Assembly: GCA_002811645.1 (NCBI GenBank)
Contig: PDIP01000260.1
Coordinates: forward strand, 4,839 to 68,838
Direction: 5' to 3'
Length of the DNA stretch: 64,000 nt
Source: Corallochytrium limacisporum Hawaii
Lineage: Eukaryota; Protista; Pluriformea
The position numbers and the translations under genes were made by a program. The notes below the pieces were generated by a model. It made no database searches. It had not been told where the DNA came from and worked only from the letters and a program-made list of their open reading frames with translations. Numbering within the stretch: the first letter of the stretch is position 1; every line of letters begins with the position of its first letter. Positions 22,332-33,657 of the stretch are shown here, piece after piece.

Positions 22332-22803
22332 TCACTGATTGGATGGCCGCAGATTCTCAGTACTGGGAGTGAAAAGCGATGTGGCCGGCGTGCCGTCCAT
22401 CACTCTCTGTTTGTCCAGTGTTCCAGAGACTCGAGCAGACGTGGTATGCATTGCCTTCTTCGCTGCCTCGTGGTCCGATGTTAACTGGTTTATCTCCTCC
22501 TCAAGAAATGCTGCATTTGCTTTCATCTGGTTGAGCTGCGACCTCAGTCAATCATTTAGGTACGTGTCTTGAGATCCTCTTCCATGTTGATTTCAGCTCA
22601 CTTACGTTGAAATGCACCGTTTCCATGAGCTCTTGGAGACTGAACAAGTGGACTTTCCTTGCAGCGTGCTCCAAGACCAACGCTTCTACCTCAGGATTAA
22701 GTTCTTCGCTTGGTTTTGATTTCGCTTTACACTTCTTCCCCTTAGCTTTCTTATTCGGTTATGCGGTTCCTATGTTAGAACCCTTCTTTCTCTTGCTACC
22801 CAT
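22332..22803 (-). pseudogene. Disrupted Lys-rich/coiled-coil ORF with an in-frame TAA and a possible 70-nt intron or frameshift
   Basis: ATG 22803 MGSKRKKGSNIGTA*(22761-22759)PNKKAKGKK...VHFN; GTAAGT(22605)...CGCAG(22536) joins in phase to LNQMKANAAFLEEEINQL. Confidence 0.45.
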
Positions 22804-23521
22804 ATCTAACGCCTCGATGTTGTCCTACCCAACCTTCATTGTGGCGATTGTAGATCTGGCTATCGATTACGAAGATTTCCATAGTCACGTCCCTTCAGCT
22901 GGAATTAGATCCGTGCTTGGACATACTACTCGACCACATCGTGTCCAATAGTAGGCTTGCTTCACGTGTCATATATCGATTTCAGCAGTGTGTGCGCCGA
23001 TACCTTTGTTCAACCAATACCGCACTCAGCACGCGGATCAAGGTCTGGCCCGGTAGTGCTCTGCTCATTTCCCTACCTGTCCCTAATGTTCCAAAGGCGG
23101 GTCTCCCCTCTCAAGTTCGGACTCGGTTGTCAACGGCTCCCACTTTCGGCTTATTCGCCCACCATCGACCCAACTTGTGACGTACTGAGGAATCGCGGAA
23201 CAAATAAGGTCTACCCAGCTTCCGAAGGACGATCGGGAGTCCAATTTATTCCGGAGGGCAAGGTTCAAAATATTTTGCGGGGGCTATAATGAGGGGGATC
23301 TATGGAGAGAATATATTTCGCGGGGGAGTCTCTTTCTTGCCCGGTTGAGAATGGCGACGGAGGAGCCTGTCCTTCTGAGACCCGCGGGGCCGCAAGTGAC
23401 CCAACGGTCCAGTGGCTGTGGTGGTGTTCAGCTCTGCATTTGTTCTGGTTTCTCGACAAGGTAGATCAAGACATTAGAGTGTGTAAAATATTTAGTTCAT
23501 TGTAAAAAAAAAACCAGAGAA

Positions 23522-25291
23522 ATGGAAACGGGACGAAAGAAATTTGGGGGCGCAAAACGGATCGATCACCAAAGCATCCTGCCGAGCGCAATTGCAACAA
23601 TGGTTGTCAAGGGCTCAACTACATGGATGTCGTGGCCTCTAAAGCAGGATTCCTGCTCTCATGAAGAGTGTTTCTATGATTGCGGTGCTAGCAAACGGTA
23701 CGCAATCGATGACGACACAAATTTGTTGTTCATCTTGGGCAAGACTCGCATGGAATGCAGACAGAACAGACCAGAGCGACGCGAGTACAACCGCATTCAC
23801 CTTTGGATAGTAGACCCCATTGTACAAACAATAACATTTATCAAACTAACCCCTAGACCCACAGCTCCGACTCCGGAAGTTTTTGAAGCGTTCCTCAAGA
23901 CAGCTGCTCTGTGCTATGGAGACGGTCACTTATGGTTGGTTGGCTCTCACGTTCCTTTCATGCGTCCAGACCAGGCCAGAACCATGATCTTCACCATTCA
24001 CATACGTAAGGATCAAAACCTTGCTGAGTATGATGAGGTTCAGTGTAATACTCTCGTCATGCAGCCGCGCTTTCATCCATCTGTTACGTACAGCTGTTTA
24101 CTCAGAGGAGTGGTCGTCTTTGGAGGGCAACGGAACCGGGATCAGTGCTACGATGATCTCTGGCTGGTACATCACCACGGTATGGAGTGTATTTCTGGAG
24201 AAGGTGAAGCAGGTGCCCCATGTCCAAGGCACAGTGCCACTGTTAATTGGATTGATTGCGATGACAATATCGAGAAGGGCAAACTTGTTTTATTCGGCGG
24301 CGTCGACCGCAATGGCAATGTACTCAATGACGTCTATATGAAGACCATTCATGTTAAATTTGCTGTCGATGCCACTGAATCATGGTCTTCCTACCGCCTG
24401 CAGAATTGGAAGCCGAAGATGACAGACGTTGCCCAAGGCGCATATCTGCCTGGACTCGGCATCATCGTCTACCACTCTGACCACCACACTGGTTCACCAA
24501 ACCGCCTACTCGTACCGGATGCGAGTGACCAGGGCCAAGCCCCTTTCCGGGTGGACGTGAGCAATGGTCTGCTGGGCTCGCTTAAGCCTCATATCGTTAA
24601 TCTGCCTGATGAATGGCCAGAAGGACCTTTGCTACGGTTTGGTACTTCCATCTGGGGCATCCTTGATCTTGCACGGGGCTTGGTCTGGCTAGCCGAACCG
24701 AGTGCAACAATGTCTGAAGTGGAGCCACTGATGCCTAAGGATGTGGTGATGTCCAGTCCCCGCATGTACACTATCCTGGTCGGCGAAGAAGAGACTACGT
24801 TCACAGTTGACGGGCACACCTTCACGGGCCTTAGTCATCTCTTCGAGGCAGCATTTAAAGCACCAATGAATGAGTCAAGGAACCACCGCATTTATCTGCC
24901 CACTGTCTCTCCAGAGAGCTTTAAGAGTATCCTGTACCTGCTTGATGAGCAATCCAAGGTCAGCTCCGATGATGAAGCATCGGAACAGCTGGCCAAGGAT
25001 CTGTGTTTAGACGAGGAGACCATTGTCGGTGTGCTGAAGGCAGCAGATTATCTCATGGCAGATCGCTTGCGACGGGCCTGTGAGCGATGGCTGCTGCCTC
25101 AAGTCAATTGTGACAACGTTTTGCAGTTGTTGGTGATTGCGGACACCTACAATGTCTGTGATCTTCGTCAACACTGTGTCAAGGTCATTGTTAAATGTTT
25201 CAAGGAAATCCGAGACCAACCACCATTCCAGAATTTGCTTGTTCAAAGGGGCGAACTGGCCATAGAAATTCTCAAGGCTTTGCCGTGCTGA
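23522..25291 (+). CDS. Kelch-repeat + BTB/POZ(-BACK) protein, putative Cul3 adaptor
   Basis: Kelch-like PRFHPSV..VVVFGG..YDDLW and PRHSATV..LVLFGG..LNDVY; BTB FEAAFKAPMNES..IYLPTVSPESF..AADYL..L..ACE. Confidence 0.85.
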   Translation: METGRKKFGGAKRIDHQSILPSAIATMVVKGSTTWMSWPLKQDSCSHEECFYDCGASKRYAIDDDTNLLFILGKTRMECRQNRPERREYNRIHLWIVDPIVQTITFIKLTPRPTAPTPEVFEAFLKTAALCYGDGHLWLVGSHVPFMRPDQARTMIFTIHIRKDQNLAEYDEVQCNTLVMQPRFHPSVTYSCLLRGVVVFGGQRNRDQCYDDLWLVHHHGMECISGEGEAGAPCPRHSATVNWIDCDDNIEKGKLVLFGGVDRNGNVLNDVYMKTIHVKFAVDATESWSSYRLQNWKPKMTDVAQGAYLPGLGIIVYHSDHHTGSPNRLLVPDASDQGQAPFRVDVSNGLLGSLKPHIVNLPDEWPEGPLLRFGTSIWGILDLARGLVWLAEPSATMSEVEPLMPKDVVMSSPRMYTILVGEEETTFTVDGHTFTGLSHLFEAAFKAPMNESRNHRIYLPTVSPESFKSILYLLDEQSKVSSDDEASEQLAKDLCLDEETIVGVLKAADYLMADRLRRACERWLLPQVNCDNVLQLLVIADTYNVCDLRQHCVKVIVKCFKEIRDQPPFQNLLVQRGELAIEILKALPC

Positions 25292-25652
25292 AAAGTCCAT
25301 ATGAATAGTAGTTTACAGTTCAAGATATTGCTTGCTGGTCTTTGTCGACGAGTGCAGTGCAACTCAGTACACTGTCCTTCGATCTCACTTCTTGCTTGTA
25401 CTCTTCTTGCGTGCAGGGGTCGTGGCCGCGACGGGGCGTCCAGCACCCTTTCTTGCCCCTGATCCTGATCCAGTCTTGGAGGAGATCTCACCCACCACCG
25501 TATTTGACCACGGCAGAAATCCTGTCACTATAACATATTGAAAAAATACATGTTGAACTGAATCATCGACTGATTAAGGGGTTATAAACTGCCAGTCAGC
25601 ACCCCTGAAGTAACTCACACACAAAGATGAAACTGGCTCTGTAGCCATGAGA

Positions 25653-25674
25653 CCCCTCCCCCCCCCCCGAGGGG
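25653..25674. repeat. C-tract element CCCCT-C11-GAGGGG with complementary ends
   Basis: Read directly; about 540 bp upstream of the ATG at 26214. Confidence 0.75.
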
Positions 25675-25904
25675 CACCTTTCTTCGCAGGGTCTCCCTCG
25701 CCGGTCGCCAACGGGGCCCGCGATGGTGTCGATGAGTCCCCCCCTTTTTTCAGCGCCCCCCGCGGGGTTCCCCCAAGGGACAGTCTCTTGTGGTAAACTA
25801 GGTCCCCTAATGCAGATTTAACAAATATATTCTGCGTGAAATATTGGAAGGGCCCCAGTGGTTACGAGGGGAGGGGAAGGAAGCGGGAAGGGAGACGGAA
25901 AAAG

Positions 25905-25923
25905 GGCGCGCGAATTTTTTGAA
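25905..25923 (+). promoter_or_regulatory. CDE/E2F-like GGCGCGCGAA immediately followed by the CHR element TTTGAA
   Basis: gggcgcgcgaattttttgaa about 290 bp upstream of the HURP-like gene. Confidence 0.45.
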
Positions 25924-26213
25924 GTGGGTGGTGACAGCTGCAGCGCAAACGGACCATTGTTTCTCGACCTTGAGGTACCGAAAAATGCGACATGACCTGT
26001 GGTCAGCTCCGATGGTCGTATCACCGTATGTGCCATTTTGGCTTTGTCTACGAAACATCAATTTTCATGTGGTCGTGTCTGCATATTTCAGGTGGTTCAC
26101 TTGGTTGATAGGACTGAGCGCATGTAGAGTGCCAGGTTTTACGATCTAGATATGATATTCGGAACGCACCTACTGGTTAAGTGTAACTAGGAATAAGGAC
26201 AAGATAGGAAATC

Positions 26214-27872
26214 ATGCCGGTCAGACCAGCTTCATCCCGGAAGGCAGACACAGCTGTCCCGGAGGCACGTTCCGCATATTTGAAGCAAAGGGAGACTGCG
26301 CGGGCCGAGCAGGAGGAACAGATTCGACAGAAGGTTCTATCGGCAAAGGCGGGACGGATCCCTGTTCGTAACACACAAACTCCAGGAAGTCAGCGCCAGC
26401 CCCTGGCAGCGAAAGAGAACCATCCTTCAGATGCACCTCGTCGAATCGAATTGAAGCACAAATCCGTGAAATGGACCCCCGCACGTGACCCGCTCGGATC
26501 GGCAGCAAAATACCGCCCGACTCTGCTGAATTCCGCACGCCGCGTGCCGACTCCAATAAAGGGCGGTGCTGGCCACGCCCCCACGACGCCCATGCGCAAG
26601 CTTGACCTCAACAGCAAGACTGGGCCCATCCCGAACGCCACGCCTGCTAAGACTCCTAAGTCAAAGTCAACAGCGTCTGCTCCTGATGATCGCACACCCT
26701 TGGACCGTGTCATGCCGCGCGCCCGCCAGTCGCCCATTGATTCAGCGACGCCCACCAAGATTCCCTCTCCCACCAGTGGACCAGCGCACAGCATAATGAG
26801 TCCCGAGGGGAAGAGGTGGCTGCAGACTTCTGGGGAGGCACAAACTGGACTCCGGGCCCGTGTGACAGGCTGGCAGGAGAAACTTGAGGACAAAGAGCGT
26901 CCAATCCCGGAGCAATGGCACGGCAGCATCCACCTTGCCATCGGCCAAGCCCAATTGCTTATGAAAGAGAAGTTTGTACAGTTTGAGGACCTCTGCCGTC
27001 TCAACATTGAACCGGATGAAGACCAACCTGAGGCCCGTAGTGCCGATCTGGCCTCCTATTGGGACGTCATGAACATCCAAACCAAGGCCGTGATCAAGCG
27101 CTTTGACCGTCTCGTCAAAGCCGAGCATGACGGATGGCCTGAAGATGCCAATACCCCAGTTCCGGAAACAAAGGTTAAGCCCGCCAGCCGTCTGCACGCG
27201 AAGAATAAGCCAGTCAAACTCAACAACAATGCGCTGAGGAGCCAGGCGCGAGACCGCATTGCGGAGGCCCGTCGCCTTGCCCGGGAACGAATGCAGAAGC
27301 TGCAGCAGCAGAAGCAGGAGGACGACGATTTTGTCATTGACATTGCGACGAAATCTGCTACTGCAGCAGAGTCTGCAGTCGCTGAACAACCGGAGAAGAG
27401 TAAGGCTGAGGCCGCGGCTGACCTTGTTGCAGCGGAGCTTGCTAAGTTGGGGCTCGGTGATGGCATGGAGAACATGGTGCCCGAACACAAACCTGCTATT
27501 CCTCCTCCTCCCCCTGCTCCAAAGACCCCAACTCGGCCAACGACCGCCGTGAATCGTCTCAGCAAACTGTCCATGACTGCTCCGGTGAAGCAGTCCGAAA
27601 AGGCTACTATTGAAAATGACCATATGGGACGGACCCGTAAACTGGTTGCCATCACTCCGAAGAAGAAGCACTCTGACCTTGTAGGTGATTCCGAGCTTGT
27701 CTATTCCCCGGCCTTGCGGTCCGAACGTATCCGCAACCGAACACAGTCTCGCCTGGGAGCGACCCCTGGCGATAAAAAGGATGCAACTCAGCGTCAGCTC
27801 TGCCTGGATTCCGTGGCAGACATTGATAAGGACCAGGACTGGGGCTACATGCCCAACCCTGCTATGCGTTAA
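26214..27872 (+). CDS. GKAP-domain protein, DLGAP5/HURP-like mitotic microtubule regulator
   Basis: AIGQAQLLMKEKFVQFEDLC...DLASYWDVM..KRFDRL...GW and QARDRIAEARR match the GKAP/GH1 domain; many S/T-P sites; RQPLAAKEN (D-box plus KEN box). Confidence 0.8.
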   Translation: MPVRPASSRKADTAVPEARSAYLKQRETARAEQEEQIRQKVLSAKAGRIPVRNTQTPGSQRQPLAAKENHPSDAPRRIELKHKSVKWTPARDPLGSAAKYRPTLLNSARRVPTPIKGGAGHAPTTPMRKLDLNSKTGPIPNATPAKTPKSKSTASAPDDRTPLDRVMPRARQSPIDSATPTKIPSPTSGPAHSIMSPEGKRWLQTSGEAQTGLRARVTGWQEKLEDKERPIPEQWHGSIHLAIGQAQLLMKEKFVQFEDLCRLNIEPDEDQPEARSADLASYWDVMNIQTKAVIKRFDRLVKAEHDGWPEDANTPVPETKVKPASRLHAKNKPVKLNNNALRSQARDRIAEARRLARERMQKLQQQKQEDDDFVIDIATKSATAAESAVAEQPEKSKAEAAADLVAAELAKLGLGDGMENMVPEHKPAIPPPPPAPKTPTRPTTAVNRLSKLSMTAPVKQSEKATIENDHMGRTRKLVAITPKKKHSDLVGDSELVYSPALRSERIRNRTQSRLGATPGDKKDATQRQLCLDSVADIDKDQDWGYMPNPAMR

Positions 27873-28225
27873 CGGATTCTGGTCCGTGTTCGATTAAAAA
27901 AATATCCTTCATATACTATACGTCACTTGGGTTCCAAATTCGAGCCCAACGGATGGAGCGGCTTATCCTCGTCCTCCCTCCCCCACCCGCTACTCTCAGT
28001 CGCACCATTGAAACCTCCCCCCACCACTGGTGTGGTTCTCTTCGAAGTGTGTGGCTATTTCACTGGAGACTGTAAGACCCGCGCAGCAGCAACAGACCGC
28101 TCAGCTCTCTACTAGGCCGAATCAAGTGAATTCCACCCTGAAATTCAGCCAAGCATTCTCAATTACCTTGAACACCATGTAGACTATTGGCACGGTTTAT
28201 TTTGTCACAATACTATAGTATAGTC

Positions 28226-30988
28226 ATGCACCTCTGGAAAGGTCTGTGGTGGCTCAGTGCACTCGTTGGTGCGTATGGGGCAGACATGAGAGAGAGCACA
28301 ACATCTGTGTCATGGGTGCAACCCGTATGGATGGCAGAGGTCCCCGGACGGCTCACCACACAGATTGTTTTCAGCGATGTTAATGGAGACGGTACGAAAG
28401 ATCTTGTCATCGGGGGCGTCTTCGCTGAGTCTGGTCATGATCCCTTCACAGAAATTCTGCAGGAGAACACAGAAAATGAGCAAATCTACGAGCTGGTGTC
28501 GTCAGCAGGGTCACCAACTTCGTTGTCGTTACGTCCACGGGAAATGTTTATTGACGTGATCAATGGCAAGACGGGAGCGCCCCTTAGAGCACCTCATACA
28601 CATTGGCCCCTCCTGCTAGACATGAATGGTCCGGGGATAGGTATTGCTAGTGTCAGCTTACCGACAGAAACTCGGAATGGGTTTGTAGTGAATGATTTTT
28701 CGGGTAATATTTTACTGATAAGCCCGAATGGAGAGATTCTGAATGAAACTTCGGAGACAATTTCACCAAGTGGTAGTTCCATTGAAGAGGCATTACTGCA
28801 AGTCAGGCGCCGGCGTCCAATCGACGAACATAACATTTCCATTCCCGAGAGCATCATTTACAATGTCAAGGACAAGCTGTGCGCAGCGAAAGGAAGAGAA
28901 GAGTCAGTGAGTTTGATCGACACGCAACACGCACACGTGGAGCAGACGCAGAAACCTGAGTCGGAATCGGAGCCAATGATTGCCCTCCAGGCTGTGACTG
29001 CGTACCCTGTCGTTATCCATTCGATTTTACCTGGCCAGCCAGAGCTGTGGATGCTGTACGTTGAATGGCAGCCCATAGACCATGAGTGGCGGTACTGTTC
29101 TGGATCCGAAGACGACTCCAATGGCGCTAGCATTGCGATAACTGGCGTGGCCATGTCCCTAAACAGACCAACAAATTTGGAAGGATGGCGCAAAGTCCAT
29201 GAAGAGCACCCAGATCTCTGGAAACATTTCCTCTTTGATGTAGAAGTATGGCAAAGCAAGCGCCACAATCAAAGCTATGCAGATATAGAACGCAGTCCCG
29301 TAACCGCAACAATGATTACATCCAGGGACCTGGTGCTGTTCCATTTGCGTGCGGAGTTCAATCTGACATTCGTACATCTAACACTAGAGAATCTCATGCT
29401 GACTCCCATGGGTAAGGGTGTAATCTCCAGCAACGGGCCGGCCATGAAGAACTACGTTGGACAATCCCTGCCAATACAAGTTGGGCCGGACGTGAACAAC
29501 CGCAACGCGGGAGAACCAGCGACTCGTAAGGACTTCTTCATTCTCACTGACAAGGGCATATTGTTCTTCTCCATGGAGGTCTCGAAGAAGAATGGCACCT
29601 TAATCCCAATTGATGGTGGATCTTTCCCGCATGAGCTTCCGTTTGTTGAAGATACGGCTATGATGTTTGCCGCTCCACCTGAAAAGAAGGAACAGACGGC
29701 CCAATTGGAGGGCCCACAAACTCAATTGGAAATGCAGATTATGGACGTGAATGGTATGCGTCACTGCGTCAGCATGGCCACGAAACAGAGCTGCCAAATT
29801 CCCACCACAGTTTCAGCAGAAGGCAACAAACCTGGTGTTCCCCTGCAGGCTGTTCTTATGTGGTCTTTCAGTCGCACCTCCCATCCCGACAATCTCAACC
29901 GCATTCCGCGCAAGTCTTCGTACGACATGATACAGTCTCGTGAAACCTCAGAGCAGAAACAACTGAAAATGGTTTCCAGGGGACCGCTGGAAGCGCACGT
30001 CGTGTACCTGGAGGATGACGGTGACCTGATCAGCTATGCGGTAGATGCTCACGGGCGGCCGTTGCCCGTACGCGAGAGATCTTCATCGCAGGTCACGGTC
30101 GACACCGGTCACCACAAAGAGCAGACTTTAGGCAATTTAGGTGAAGCACTGCATCTCGAGCACGGGGCGAGCGTCGAAATTATGCCTGGAGCAAAGCCAC
30201 GTGAGATTATTGCGCTAAGCGAGACGGGATTTCTGTATATGGCCAAGATCGGCATCCGCGAAATAGGCCGCGGGCAAGAGACCAGCCTGCTACTCGATCC
30301 CGCCCGTCTTTTCGAACTGTCCACCATTGTGGACCAGGTAGGTGACCACAGTGATGAGCAAACCTTGTCCAGACCTTTTGCGCCGTTGCATAATACTCGC
30401 TACGCCGACCGCCGCAGTGCGGCGCTCATGCAGGAGCATCAATTTGCCGGTGGACTGATCGGCGGTAGTGCCGGACGACAGGGTGAACCGCGGATGATTT
30501 CCCAATCTCTTCTCCGCTTGGCCACTATCTGCAGTGAGCAGCGGGAGCCGATCCGTGCGACCTCGATTGTACCGTTTCTGTTTCGTATTGATGTGTTACC
30601 GTTGCTGGACCCATCGTTGCCAGTCCACGTTCATTCGCACGGATCTAGTGTTGGTCCTGATAGCAGCGGTGGTTTGGTCAATCTCCGCAGAGAGCCTCTT
30701 ACACTGGTAGTACGTCTCGGTGCAGATGTACTTGTCCAGAAGGAAATGGCAATGATAGCTGGCACACATTCGCTATTTCTGCCTGGCGGAGGTGAACGCA
30801 TGGTTGCGGAGCTGACGGTTGAGGTCTTCCAAGGTTCCGATCTCGTGTCCTGGGATAGCTGTGCGGTACGATACCATGAAGACTTTTTTGTCATTCTAAC
30901 ATACGCGGTATTCATTCCCGTGATCTGTGCAAAGCTCGGATTGATTGTGTACATTCGGCGGGAGAAGGTCATGGGGTCAAGGACGTAG
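28226..30988 (+). CDS. Secretory-pathway FG-GAP protein with a C-terminal TM helix, divergent DEX1-like
   Basis: Signal peptide at ATG 28226; DVNGDGTKDLVI Ca-binding motif; IDVINGKTG..WP; C-terminal DSCAVRYHEDFF + TM resembles DEX1. Confidence 0.55.
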   Translation: MHLWKGLWWLSALVGAYGADMRESTTSVSWVQPVWMAEVPGRLTTQIVFSDVNGDGTKDLVIGGVFAESGHDPFTEILQENTENEQIYELVSSAGSPTSLSLRPREMFIDVINGKTGAPLRAPHTHWPLLLDMNGPGIGIASVSLPTETRNGFVVNDFSGNILLISPNGEILNETSETISPSGSSIEEALLQVRRRRPIDEHNISIPESIIYNVKDKLCAAKGREESVSLIDTQHAHVEQTQKPESESEPMIALQAVTAYPVVIHSILPGQPELWMLYVEWQPIDHEWRYCSGSEDDSNGASIAITGVAMSLNRPTNLEGWRKVHEEHPDLWKHFLFDVEVWQSKRHNQSYADIERSPVTATMITSRDLVLFHLRAEFNLTFVHLTLENLMLTPMGKGVISSNGPAMKNYVGQSLPIQVGPDVNNRNAGEPATRKDFFILTDKGILFFSMEVSKKNGTLIPIDGGSFPHELPFVEDTAMMFAAPPEKKEQTAQLEGPQTQLEMQIMDVNGMRHCVSMATKQSCQIPTTVSAEGNKPGVPLQAVLMWSFSRTSHPDNLNRIPRKSSYDMIQSRETSEQKQLKMVSRGPLEAHVVYLEDDGDLISYAVDAHGRPLPVRERSSSQVTVDTGHHKEQTLGNLGEALHLEHGASVEIMPGAKPREIIALSETGFLYMAKIGIREIGRGQETSLLLDPARLFELSTIVDQVGDHSDEQTLSRPFAPLHNTRYADRRSAALMQEHQFAGGLIGGSAGRQGEPRMISQSLLRLATICSEQREPIRATSIVPFLFRIDVLPLLDPSLPVHVHSHGSSVGPDSSGGLVNLRREPLTLVVRLGADVLVQKEMAMIAGTHSLFLPGGGERMVAELTVEVFQGSDLVSWDSCAVRYHEDFFVILTYAVFIPVICAKLGLIVYIRREKVMGSRT

Positions 30989-32274
30989 GCCAATATATCC
31001 GATTGATGTGTAGTAGGAAGGATTCTAGATTTGTGTGGTGTTTTCTGTACTGCGACTACCGCATTGATCTTGGCGATGAGGTTATGCAAATCGGTGTGCT
31101 GTAGTCGGAACACCGTTACCATTCGTCTTGCGGGTGGGGTAGTCTTTACGGGATTTGTTCCATTTTTTTAAGATTTTTGCGCCCGTCGTCGACGCCTGGG
31201 GAGGGGAGGGGGCTGTCAAAGGTTTTATGTTTTTCCCACTTCAGTCGTCAACCCGTCCCGTTTCAAAAACTCCGCCCTCCCCCTCTTTTTCTTTGCCCGG
31301 TAAAATGGACTCCCGTTCGGTCGGTTCAGCCCCCACCGTGTGTGTCTATGTTTCCGCCGCGAAGGTTCGTAGGCGAAAGTCGGGGGCGGGGCTGGCCTAC
31401 TGTGGTAAACTGACCCACTATGGTTAATGTACCTTGTCCCTGGCCCATTGAACACGGTGGCAATTCGATCTGTCAACAAGAAACCTCTCTCGAATTTTCT
31501 CTTTTTCTTGTTATTTTCATTTGTTTCTATTTCACCATCGGTGGGGTGGTAGCAGTGGTTATACCGAAAGTATCAATGTTGACGTCCGTACTGAAACTAT
31601 GGAATTTGGCACATACGAATGGTCATAAATTTTGTTGAAACATTTTCTTTGGCTTTTCTGCGCATCAGGGTTCAATGGCGGTAGGCTCCCCTTGCGACTG
31701 GCACCGTCGAAACCCCCCCCCCCCTTTCCTCCGCCACGGAAAAGAGAGGTGGAGGGTGGCTTTTGGGCTCCGTTGCATTGTTCGGTGGCTGTTGGAGTTC
31801 GACTCCGGCGCTGGGTCGCTCGTCTTTGCGGGCTCATCTTGGTGTTGACATCATGATTTTGTTGTACGTCTGCCGGGATATGTTTTTTCTAGCTGTTCTT
31901 TACAATACCTTGATTTTAAGCCCAGCCCTACTTGTGACGGCTGACGGCACAACGATGTAAGGTACCTGGAACTTACAGGGTCATTTCAATGAAAGCAAGT
32001 AGGATTTAGTCATCGGGATGGCGTTTATGTGATGAAAAAGCAGACTCCATTCGTAGCCTGAGACAAGGAAACCATGTGGAGGAGACAGAAATTTCAACCC
32101 AGCAGACGAGATACCCCATAGATAGATTTCACAACTAGGCTGTCTGATTACGAAGATTTGTTTCTAGGTTTCAGGAATTGGGCTATTGTATTCCCAGCCA
32201 GATTTTGGACATTTGACTGAATACGTCACGTACGCTAGAAATTAATTTTTATTCTACTGACTTGGTCATTCACC

Positions 32275-33441
32275 ATGGACCCAATGATAGTATCCAACCA
32301 GCCTGACGGCCATGTGAATGCTCAGGAGCAGGCTGCGGGATCCGAAGCCCAGCACCTCAATGGAGGTGGCAACGTACCCATGGTACGTGGCCAACCCTTT
32401 GACGTCGGTCCGAAATACGACAATTTGCAGTACATTGGCGAGGGCGCTTACGGTCTGGTCTGCGCAGCGACAGAATTATCCACGGGTCGCCGGGTGGCAA
32501 TCAAAAAGATCAGTCCGTTCGAGCACAAGACCTACTGCCAACGCACACTACGAGAAATCAAGATCCTCACCCACTTTGACCACGAAAACATCATTGGTAT
32601 ATTAGATCTGATCCAGCCACCGGCAATGGACCAGTTTACGGACGTTTTTGTGGTCCAAGAACTGATGGAAACGGATCTCTACCGCCTGCTCAAAACCCAA
32701 CGGCTGAGTATTGATCACATATGCTACTTCCTTTACCAGGTGGTGCGCGGTTTGAAGTACATTCACAGTGCAAACGTTCTGCACCGGGACTTAAAACCGA
32801 GCAACCTGCTGATTAACACAAATTGCGACCTGAAGATATGCGATTTCGGTTTAGCTCGCGTGGCGGACCCCAATATTGACCATTCGGGACTGATGACGGA
32901 GTATGTCGCGACACGGTGGTATAGAGCGCCCGAGATCATGCTCAGCAGCCGTGCATATACCAAAGCAATCGACATTTGGTCCGTTGGTTGCATCCTTGCA
33001 GAAATGCTGGGCGGTAAGCCACTCTTTCCAGGCAAACATTACCTCGATCAGCTAAATCTAATCCTGTCCGTGCTGGGCACGCCAAGCGAGGAGGACTTCA
33101 GCTGCATCCAAAATGAGAAGGCCCAGGCATACATCCGGAGCTTGAACAACCGCGAGAAGATGCCATGGAACCAAATCTTTCCAGAAGCGGATGCAGTTGT
33201 TCTCGACATGCTAGAAGGTCTGCTGAAATTTAACCCAGTCAAGCGGTTCACCGTCGAGGATGCGCTGAGACATCCGTTCCTTGAACAATACTACGACCCG
33301 GACGACGAGCCAGTGGCAGAGAAGCGGTTCGTTTTTGAATTTGAAGCTGGAAATATGGACAAGACGGAATTGAAACGATTGATCTGGGAAGGTATTGTAG
33401 GCTATCGGGAGTCTAAGTCGAATGCTACAATGGAGACTTGA
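32275..33441 (+). CDS. ERK: ERK1/2-type MAP kinase (TEY)
   Basis: [62 protein letters not shown] domain YYDPDDEP. Confidence 0.97.
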   Translation: MDPMIVSNQPDGHVNAQEQAAGSEAQHLNGGGNVPMVRGQPFDVGPKYDNLQYIGEGAYGLVCAATELSTGRRVAIKKISPFEHKTYCQRTLREIKILTHFDHENIIGILDLIQPPAMDQFTDVFVVQELMETDLYRLLKTQRLSIDHICYFLYQVVRGLKYIHSANVLHRDLKPSNLLINTNCDLKICDFGLARVADPNIDHSGLMTEYVATRWYRAPEIMLSSRAYTKAIDIWSVGCILAEMLGGKPLFPGKHYLDQLNLILSVLGTPSEEDFSCIQNEKAQAYIRSLNNREKMPWNQIFPEADAVVLDMLEGLLKFNPVKRFTVEDALRHPFLEQYYDPDDEPVAEKRFVFEFEAGNMDKTELKRLIWEGIVGYRESKSNATMET

Positions 33442-33657
33442 AGTAACTCGTCAAGGTTGATATGTCCGCCCCTAAGTCGCGCTGCACACCCACCGAGACA
33501 GAGTACGCCTGTACTTTGAGCTGAAGTGGTTCCTAGCTATGTCTCCAATAAACAATGTCATTGCATACAAGACCTGGATTGTGTTTGTTTATTTTCTAGC
33601 AATTTATGGAATGGAAACTGCCATCCAAAGGACGCGCTGGGCAAACCTGAACATCGT

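Noticed and set aside
31957-32168. 5'-UTR intron upstream of ERK (GTAAGG...TTTCTAG)
   Set aside because: Splice-like signals are plausible, but there is no strong branch point and no coding constraint to test them.
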